Shown in pieces: positions 17,811 to 24,000 of a DNA stretch of 24,000 bases. Below the pieces are notes generated by a model. The model made no database searches and had not been told where the DNA came from. It was given only the letters and a program-made list of their open reading frames with translations. The translations under genes and the position numbers were made by a program. The stretch is from Vulcanisaeta sp. JCM 14467 (GTDB taxonomy: Archaea; Thermoproteota; Thermoprotei; Thermoproteales; Thermocladiaceae). The number at the start of each line of letters is the position of its first letter. Positions within the stretch are counted from its first letter, which is position 1. The DNA lies in the NCBI RefSeq assembly GCF_001316245.1, contig NZ_BBDM01000010.1:57093-81092 (forward strand), given 5' to 3'.

Positions 17811-17879
17811 TGCAACTAGTAATGGCGCAAACCCTTTAATTAATTTTGATACTCATTATCACTAATAATTAATAAGTTA

Positions 17880-17929
17880 GTGATGATGGTTTGCAGCCCT
17901 GACTGCATGACGAAACCGCTGAAGACTGA
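17880..17929 (+). ncRNA. C/D box sRNA (2'-O-methylation guide)
   Basis: Layout: C box GTGATGA 17880-17886; 12-nt guide TGGTTTGCAGCC; D' box CTGA 17899-17902; 5-nt spacer; C' box TGACGA 17908-17913; 12-nt guide AACCGCTGAAGA; D box CTGA 17926-17929. The box order and 12-nt spacing are canonical for archaea. It lies in an intergenic gap. Confidence 0.8.
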
Positions 17930-17931
17930 GG

Positions 17932-18783
17932 TCACAGTTTGAGGTCTGTCTGTGGGTTAGCCATGGCATTCATTACCGTGTTCTTGAGCTTCATGTATTG
18001 ATTAACGGAATTACTAATCATACTATTCACCTCATCCTTCGTGAATGCACCCGTAACCTTCTGAATAGCCACTATATCGCCACCAGCAATGCCCGTTATG
18101 TAAACACCGTCTGATAGGTCCTCCTCCTCGCGGGTTGGATCAACGAGTAGGAAATTACCTATCTTAACGTGCGTTATTGTTAGTGGCAACTTATCAGTAT
18201 TGAACTTGAGAGGTGACCTAACACTCCTATCAATTTTCAATATATTACCTGCAGGGTCAAGCTCCACCCTTGGTAATGCGGTGCTCATTAATGCGGTTAC
18301 GGCGGCTATTGTTGATGCATCAACCAGGTTACCATCATGATTAAGCACGTATATGTCGACCCATAGGAACCACGCGTGCTTACCCGTAACTATCGATAAT
18401 GATTTAAAGTCCAGGAAACCACTATGCCTTATCGCCCTATCCACAACCCTTGCTATCTCGATCGCATTCTCATCAGGCGGTCCCGGCTCAACGTCTGGGG
18501 ATGCCGTTGGAGCTATTTCCAAGTTAACGATTAGTGCACCCTCATCTGGCGTGTCCTCGAAGGGCTTACCAACCTCAACCTTAACTCCTGCCATAACCTT
18601 TGTATTACCAAGGGATACTAATGAACTCCCATCGGCTGTTTTTACGACGTTTACCCTAATACTTAGTTCCCTGTAATCGTTCAACCCCCTATTATCAATC
18701 CTAACACCCTGCTCAATCATCTTCCTCATAACATCCTGCTTAAGCTTAGGAATAACACCCCTCTCCTGAGTTACACTCAGCAT
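17932..18783 (-). CDS. rrp42: exosome complex component Rrp42 (RNase PH-like, non-catalytic)
   Basis: 283 aa: GVRIDNRGLNDYRELSIRVNVVKTADGSSLVSLGNTKVMAGVKVEVGKPFEDTPDEGALIVNLEIAP. Located directly downstream of rrp41, as in the archaeal exosome operon. Confidence 0.9.
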   Translation of the reverse strand: MLSVTQERGVIPKLKQDVMRKMIEQGVRIDNRGLNDYRELSIRVNVVKTADGSSLVSLGNTKVMAGVKVEVGKPFEDTPDEGALIVNLEIAPTASPDVEPGPPDENAIEIARVVDRAIRHSGFLDFKSLSIVTGKHAWFLWVDIYVLNHDGNLVDASTIAAVTALMSTALPRVELDPAGNILKIDRSVRSPLKFNTDKLPLTITHVKIGNFLLVDPTREEEDLSDGVYITGIAGGDIVAIQKVTGAFTKDEVNSMISNSVNQYMKLKNTVMNAMANPQTDLKL

Positions 18784-18836
18784 TTAAGGAGGCTGTTACT
18801 CAAGCCCTTTTAATTTTACTCACCATAATGCTTTGA

Positions 18837-19576
18837 TTAAGCAATGATCGTTACTGAGGGCTCAACGTACTTGCCCTTGAGAGTCTCTTTTTCCATTCTA
18901 TATATCTGCTCAGCAGCCTTAAAGGCAAGGTCAAGCGCCTGGTTAACCTCCGCTGGCGTCCACTCACCATCCGCCTGCATCAGGGTTATCAACCCACGCC
19001 CATACATTATGGCCAGGGGCATGTCGCCCTCACCGTATTGATCCTCGAGTTGGTTAAGGTCCACGACTATGGTCCCGGACACCTTACCTATCGAGACGCC
19101 AACCAGCAAGTCCCTCATTGGTATACCCGCATCCGCCAAAGCCAATGAGGCGGCTGTTATGCCAGTAACCCTGGTACTACCATCTGCCTGGAGAACCTCT
19201 ATGTATACGTCAATTGTCGTTCTCGGGAACCTCTCAAGAATAACTACGGCTCAAGCGCCGTTCTAATCACCTTGGAAATCTCGATCTCCCTCCTGGACGG
19301 TGTTGGGCTCTTCCTACCCTCAGACGTGCTGAATGGAGCCATGTGATACCTAACCCTCAATATGGCCCTGTCCGGCAATTCCAGGTGCTTCTGTGGTACC
19401 TCCCTTGGCCCATAAACAGCTGCGAGTATTACGGTGTTACCATAAGCAACCAATGCGCTGCCCTCGGCATTGTTTATTACGCCAACCTCCATCCTAACGG
19501 GTCTATGCTCATTCGGTAATCTACCATCGCTTCTTCTGCCATTAGCAAGCAATGGTACAGGAGGCTGCTTACCCAT
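18837..19576 (-). pseudogene. rrp41: exosome complex exonuclease Rrp41 (RNase PH), with a frame break at 19247-19249
   Basis: From the ATG at 19576: [59 protein letters not shown]...[15 protein letters not shown]. The -1 frame then reads [46 protein letters not shown].... The part of track ORF 19244..19867 upstream of 19576 is non-coding shadow. Confidence 0.9.
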
Positions 19577-19598
19577 TAAGCCACCCCTCGCCTTTTGG

Positions 19599-19615
19599 TA
19601 TAAAAGCATTTTTAA
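19599..19615. promoter_or_regulatory. back-to-back divergent TATA boxes for rrp41 (-) and GNAT (+)
   Basis: TATAAAA at 19599-19605 reads TTTTATA on the minus strand, 23-29 nt upstream of the rrp41 ATG at 19576. TTTTTAA at 19609-19615 lies 26-32 nt upstream of the GNAT ATG at 19641. The whole intergenic region is 64 bp. Confidence 0.5.
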
Positions 19616-19640
19616 GGCAGTGACTCCTCTAGTTATTTGT

Positions 19641-20108
19641 ATGGTTACGATCAGGGAGGCCCGGGAAAGTGATGTGGATGTGCTGGTAGATCTCTTGGTT
19701 AGATTAAAAAGACTTAATAGTGAGTTTGACCCATTATTCAGCACGAGGAGTGACTGTGCAGAGCGTACCAGGGAATACCTATTAAACACAATACGTGATA
19801 ACAAGAACCACTTGGTGCTTGTTGCTGAGGATATGGGTAAGATAATTGGCGTGTTGAAGGCCGACATTAGGGAGCGATTATTCTATTCACCAAGTATTGA
19901 GGGCGCCATCGTGGACTTTTACGTAATGCCTGAGTACAGGCGTAAGGGCCTGGGTAGGACAATGCTTGAAAAGGCCATAATGATGCTCCGTGAGAGAGGC
20001 GCTCAATTAATAACGGCTGAGTTCCCAACGCAGAACCAAATAGCGGTGAACTTCTACAATAAGATGGGGTTCAGATCACTCGTTAGCATCTATGCGAGGG
20101 AGACCTGA
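19641..20108 (+). CDS. GNAT-family N-acetyltransferase
   Basis: 155 aa from the ATG at 19641 ([13 protein letters not shown]...). Acetyl-CoA motif [15 protein letters not shown]. The track ORF starts at 19470, but that part overlaps rrp41 and its promoter. Confidence 0.85.
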   Translation: MVTIREARESDVDVLVDLLVRLKRLNSEFDPLFSTRSDCAERTREYLLNTIRDNKNHLVLVAEDMGKIIGVLKADIRERLFYSPSIEGAIVDFYVMPEYRRKGLGRTMLEKAIMMLRERGAQLITAEFPTQNQIAVNFYNKMGFRSLVSIYARET

Positions 20109-20216
20109 GTCAGGGCAAGTCAAAAACCCTCGCAATCCAATCCCCCATTTTATTACCAACCATTACGTAAACCTTTATCCTGGGGCACTCATCCATTATG
20201 ACGATAGGCACTATGA

Positions 20217-21197
20217 TCATGCTAAACAATAGGTTATTAGCCTGATAACCTTCGCCGCAATGGGTTCAAGCCTATCCACGGCCTCCCTAGCCCTAGGCGC
20301 GTAGTTACTGTTCGTGGTTATGACATCACCAATCAACGCGCCAATGGGCTTACCACCCTGGATTATCATCGCATAATCATTGCTCTGCTGTGTAGTAACT
20401 AGGCTTAGATTTACCGTAACATCAACATCACCGAGAAGGCTCATTAGGTGAAAGCCCTTATTGCTCACTAAGTAATTGAATATTGTAATCACCTGATTCA
20501 ATACGCAACCCCTGGGTAGGTCGTTCACGGTGAAGCACCCACTACCCCTTAGGTAATTATCCAGGGCCTTTGAGTATTGAAGACACTTAAACTCATCACT
20601 ACTCATTATGATCTCCAGCAGGTTACTCGTGTAGTTAATCTCGTCTCTCCTCGTAAGCCCCAGAAGCTTTATCGAGTCATTTATCGGCAATCCCTCCGCC
20701 ATCCTCTCAATTACCTCCCTCAATGCGCAGTTCCTAATGGCAATCCTATAAAGTAAATTGGGTAATTCCGAACCACCACTAATTACAGCTTTACCTAACT
20801 CCTCAGCCTCCCTCGCCAATTTACCCTGCCGCCAAAGACCTAGCGCCGATAGGGTTGGAATGATGACCCTATAATTCGACCTACTAAGCCCGTGGGAGTC
20901 CAGGTACTTCATTATTAACTCCGTATCATCACCACCCTGCCTATTCCTTACCAGGAATGCGATCATGTCGAGCAACTTAGTGATTGGTATCCTGATGTAC
21001 CAACCCCTCAGGGTGCAGTTACTTGACTTTAGGGTATCACTGCTCTCCTTAACCGTTAATAGGTCCTTAATCTCAGTACTTAATGAATCGATGAGTTCGT
21101 TAATGGACTTAGCCTTAAGAATGCGCGTCGCCCCATCACCCTCAATAATCACTTGATACTCATCACTCTCCTGAATAATCCTAATGCTTAGGTCCAC
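20217..21197 (-). CDS. hypothetical protein (326 aa, orphan)
   Basis: Long uninterrupted ORF with a GTG start. The TATA-like TATTTAAA (21219-21226) is centred about 26 nt upstream. No catalytic motif recognised. The helix-rich middle region could be a winged helix. Confidence 0.55.
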   Translation of the reverse strand: MDLSIRIIQESDEYQVIIEGDGATRILKAKSINELIDSLSTEIKDLLTVKESSDTLKSSNCTLRGWYIRIPITKLLDMIAFLVRNRQGGDDTELIMKYLDSHGLSRSNYRVIIPTLSALGLWRQGKLAREAEELGKAVISGGSELPNLLYRIAIRNCALREVIERMAEGLPINDSIKLLGLTRRDEINYTSNLLEIIMSSDEFKCLQYSKALDNYLRGSGCFTVNDLPRGCVLNQVITIFNYLVSNKGFHLMSLLGDVDVTVNLSLVTTQQSNDYAMIIQGGKPIGALIGDVITTNSNYAPRAREAVDRLEPIAAKVIRLITYCLA

Positions 21198-21329
21198 AGC
21201 ACATCAATGACCTGTCACTATTTAAAGCACTCATTTCAGCCATAGCTGTAATACCCACCACAATATTACCAGCCTTATTATCCTGTGAATAAAAATGCTT
21301 TAAATGGCTTAAACATAGATACCCGTAAT

Positions 21330-22510
21330 ATGACAGCCAGCGTGATCACCGTATTAGAAGCCCTAGTAATAATAGGCACGTCATTATGGGCAATACAATA
21401 CCTAATTTCAAGGAAGGTCCACGCATATGAAAGACCATCATTAACCAATACCCAGGTTGAGAATTTACCAAAGGTTTCAATCGTAGTACCCGTTTATAAG
21501 GAGCGGAGACAAAGTATTGAGAAGACCCTCGACAGCATATCATCGCAAAACTACCCTAAGAACCTCCTCGAGGTCCTAATAATTGTTGATAAGGACGATA
21601 TGCACACCCTCAATGAGGCGCTAAAGGCCGTCGAGAAATTCCTAAGCTCGCTCAATGTTAAGATGGTGATTAATGAGAATTCTGGACGTAGGCTTAAAGC
21701 CGTGGCTATGAACACCGCGATTAAACATGCGGGAGGCTTGATAATCGGCTTTTACGACGCTGATGACGTGTTTCCAAACGACCAGGTTCTCAATGCCGTT
21801 CTCCTAATGATTGAGAGGAATTACGCAGCCGTGGGCACCAGTTTATAGGTTTAGGAATAGCGTGCTTGGTGGCTTAATGTACCTTGAGTCAATGGTTTGG
21901 TATAATGCAGTCATACCATTTCTAAAGTCGACAATCAAGATAACGCCGCTATCCGGGGAGGGGCTCTTCATAAGGAAGGACGTCATCGATTCAATACCAC
22001 TTAGCCTAGCTGAGGATGCATTATTATCGTTAAAGCTATCCAGCCATGGATACTCAGTGGGCCTCCTTGATTCCTACGTGTATGAGTTGGCGCCTGTGAA
22101 TATAATTAGTTTCATAAGGCAGAGGATTAGGTGGAATAAGGCTATGCCCAGAACCTGGTTTTGATACTTAAGCAGGGTGTTCAATTAGATTATGCCTCAG
22201 GGTGTTGGCGTTGTACATATTAATAGCGCTACCCTCGGCATTACTACTAATCTCCATCATTGGCTTTATCGCCGTTACTTACATGGCCGTAATAACGAGG
22301 ATACTCGCACTAGGATCCCTTTATCAATTAATATTTGCTATGGCTATATCGGAGGTCGTAGTTCTATACCTAATGCGTGACTTCATAAATGAGAGCATGA
22401 ACATGGGGAGGGCGATCATTCTATTACCAGCGTATTGGTTATTACTTGGTACGGTGACAATAACATCACCGCTAGTGCCAGTCAATAATTGGTTGAAGAC
22501 TGCCCGTTAA
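21330..22510 (+). pseudogene. family-2 glycosyltransferase, processive synthase type (D,D,D,QxxRW; NodC/IcaA/CesA-like), with three frame breaks
   Basis: N-terminal TM helix, then VSIVVPVYKE, YDADD, GEGLFIRKD, AEDALLS and RQRIRWNK|GYAQ, followed by C-terminal TM helices. Frames switch at about 21833-21837 (+1), 22138-22141 (-1) and 22200-22202 (-1). The ATG at 21330 is preferred over the GTG at 21285 because TTTAAAT (21299-21305) lies about 28 nt upstream. Confidence 0.8.
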
Positions 22511-23583
22511 ATCGTCACAACCCTTATGTTACCGATAGGAGCCACCTTACTGCTCATTACCACCTGATACCCAATCCTCCTAGCCATCCTATCAATTATA
22601 TCAACCACGGTGTTTAACTCATCATTCGTGAGACCCAGGTCAACACTATCAATAAGCAATACAGAGCCTGGCGGTGTGAGGATTAATTGAACGAATATCG
22701 GCAGCAGAGCCCTCATCTTAAGGCCGGTGTGGAACATGGGAACCCACTTACCACCAACCTTAATGTACCCAGAGACCCTCTTTGGAGCTGTGAAACCTGC
22801 CTTAACACCCTCTATACCAAGCTCCCTAACCAGATCCATCAACTCATTGTAGATACCCTCATACTCGGGCCTCGTCTGTATTACTGAGAGTTGATGCACG
22901 GTGTATTGACCGTCAGATCCCACGGAGTTGCTCGGTAAATCCACCGTGGTCTCGTAATCCCTCTTCCACCAGCAAACCCTGCCTTCACTGAGGTAGTAAA
23001 ACTTATTCTTAAGCATATTCCTCAAAATGAACGCCAGGGAATAAGCCCTCCTTGAGGCATCTCCGTCACACGTGATGAATGCATCCTCATGCATAACGTG
23101 GGTCGGCGCAATACATAACCTGGCACTCACAGGATACCTCATGTACCCCTCATTACCCACCTTCTCGGCAACCGCCACTAATTCCCCATCCAGGTATAGT
23201 TCCTGGCGAACCCAGTAATCACTCAGCCTGAAACTATAGTGATAGCCAATGATGGAGCCCCTACTTAACTCAAGACCTGTACTACGCCCAAGGTTTTCCC
23301 CATCCTCATCAACTTCGTAATAAACACCAATCGTTATGACCTCGCTAGGGTCTAACCCATAGGCCAGGTCCTCAGGTTCATGAATAATTAATAGGTTTCC
23401 CTCAAGGACGAGCCACTCCTCGCCCCGGCTCTGCATTAATAGGGCTAGGGCCTCCATTAGGCTCGTCTTACCTGAACCACTGCGGCCCACAATCACTGTA
23501 TTACCATTTAAGTCTACGGTTAATCCCCTACCGAGGCCCTTGAACCCCTTAACCACTGTCTTCACGAGTTTCGTCATCCTCAT
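22507..23583 (-). CDS. ABC/SMC-type P-loop ATPase (AAA_21/AAA_15-like) without a recognisable effector domain
   Basis: 358 aa from the ATG at 23583. Walker A VIVGRSGSGKTSLMEAL. Signature-like FHTGLKMRALLPIFVQL. Walker B-like SVLLIDSVDLGL. The 5' end overlaps the upstream small ORF by about 35 nt. Confidence 0.7.
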   Translation of the reverse strand: MRMTKLVKTVVKGFKGLGRGLTVDLNGNTVIVGRSGSGKTSLMEALALLMQSRGEEWLVLEGNLLIIHEPEDLAYGLDPSEVITIGVYYEVDEDGENLGRSTGLELSRGSIIGYHYSFRLSDYWVRQELYLDGELVAVAEKVGNEGYMRYPVSARLCIAPTHVMHEDAFITCDGDASRRAYSLAFILRNMLKNKFYYLSEGRVCWWKRDYETTVDLPSNSVGSDGQYTVHQLSVIQTRPEYEGIYNELMDLVRELGIEGVKAGFTAPKRVSGYIKVGGKWVPMFHTGLKMRALLPIFVQLILTPPGSVLLIDSVDLGLTNDELNTVVDIIDRMARRIGYQVVMSSKVAPIGNIRVVTI

Positions 23584-23818
23584 CAACCAGTGCGTAGGCT
23601 ATTATTAATATTCCGCTAACATTGCCTAGGCTCACATTACTAACGTTAATACCCACCTGCCTAATATGCGACCCAGCAATACTACTTAACTCACTCAATG
23701 CCTTGCTTAACGACTCATCAAGCCTATTCAACGCAACATCAAACTCAACGCCCCTGACTAACTGACCAACGCTCACATTGAGTGGTATGAATTTCCTGAC
23801 ATGGACTATCTTTGTCAT
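23549..23818 (-). CDS. hypothetical small protein, first gene of the ATPase operon
   Basis: 89-aa ORF with an ATG at 23818. The TATA-like ATATTTTA (23842-23849, minus-strand sense) is centred about 27 nt upstream. Acidic C-terminus DEDDETREDSG. No motif recognised. Confidence 0.5.
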   Translation of the reverse strand: MTKIVHVRKFIPLNVSVGQLVRGVEFDVALNRLDESLSKALSELSSIAGSHIRQVGINVSNVSLGNVSGILIIAYALVDEDDETREDSG

Positions 23819-23896
23819 TGAAAATAATCGCCTATGTAGGGTAAAATATCTTTCCGCCGGATAAGCCTTTTATTAACTAAAGTAATGCGTACATGA

Positions 23897-24000
23897 ATGG
23901 AGGTTGTATTCACACCGTGGAGGTGGAGCTACATAAAATCAACGAATAACAAAAGCAGTGAGTGTGCGCTGTGTGCTTACCTGCGAGGTAATGATGATGG
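23897..24000 (+). CDS. HIT-superfamily / Ap4A-phosphorylase-like protein, N-terminal fragment (runs off the window)
   Basis: ATG at 23897: MEVVFTPWRWSYIKSTNNKSSECALCAYLRGNDD. The PWRxxYI...CxxC pattern is typical of the N-termini of ATP adenylyltransferase/HIT-like proteins. TTTTATTAA (23868-23876) lies about 25 nt upstream. Confidence 0.45.
   Translation, partial: MEVVFTPWRWSYIKSTNNKSSECALCAYLRGNDD

Noticed and set aside
19577-19867. 97-codon N-terminal extension of track ORF 19244..19867 (apparent long Rrp41)
   Set aside because: The extension is low-complexity ([14 protein letters not shown]). It overlaps the GNAT gene and both TATA boxes. Rrp41 homology starts at MGKQPP (ATG at 19576).
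20255-20275. GGGTTCAAGCCT, resembling a tRNA T-arm
   Set aside because: No acceptor, D or anticodon arms can be built around it, and it lies inside a long ORF.
22192-22380. 62-aa ORF (MPQGVGVVHINSATLG...) overlapping the GT2 C-terminus
   Set aside because: It is out of frame relative to the hydrophobic TM-helix frame (22202..22510), which continues the GT2 protein. Its composition is not protein-like.
1-24000. Search for mobile elements, integrases, CRISPR arrays, toxin-antitoxin pairs or long inverted/direct repeats
   Set aside because: I could not recognise any by eye. No transposase or integrase motifs, terminal inverted repeats or regularly spaced repeats were seen. The content is housekeeping with a few orphans. 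A repeat finder would be needed to exclude short dispersed repeats.

Overview
Gene-dense chromosomal segment, roughly 90% coding, that reads like a hyperthermophilic crenarchaeon (Thermoproteota). Supporting evidence: archaeal TBP, Hjc, exosome Rrp41/Rrp42 and S25e, plus A/T-rich TATA boxes 22-32 nt upstream of many start codons, which implies mostly leaderless mRNAs. A Caldivirga/Vulcanisaeta-like origin is only a guess. I support about 32 protein genes. They include PHP phosphoesterase, AMMECR1, a PduO-type adenosyltransferase, an HcnABC/proline-dehydrogenase-like flavoenzyme pair, Hsp20, an AbrB-PhoU regulator and an NPPY methyltransferase. Also present are a membrane-anchored wHTH protein, S25e, TBP, Hjc, a UPF0173 MBL hydrolase, geranylgeranyl reductase, MtnA/aIF-2B-like isomerase and an M32 carboxypeptidase. 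The rest are a PD-(D/E)xK nuclease, Rrp41, Rrp42, GNAT, a processive-type GT2 synthase, an ABC-type ATPase and several orphans. There is one textbook C/D box sRNA at 17880-17929 (+). I saw no rRNA, tRNA, CRISPR array, transposase or integrase. The dominant anomaly is 12 single-base reading-frame breaks, mostly at short homopolymers. All lie between 9.7 and 22.2 kb and hit conserved, partly essential genes, while the flanking 11.5 kb is clean. That pattern fits sequence or assembly error better than biology. I do not see a convincing novel multi-gene system. The best candidates for follow-up are the small-protein plus ABC-ATPase operon (22507-23818), the orphan nuclease with a Cys-rich tail (17155-17810), the TBP-coupled orphan (10912-11626) and the 326-aa orphan (20217-21197). 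Gene ends are tightly packed: ATGA and TAATG start/stop overlaps, and convergent stops sharing TTAA at 22507-22510.
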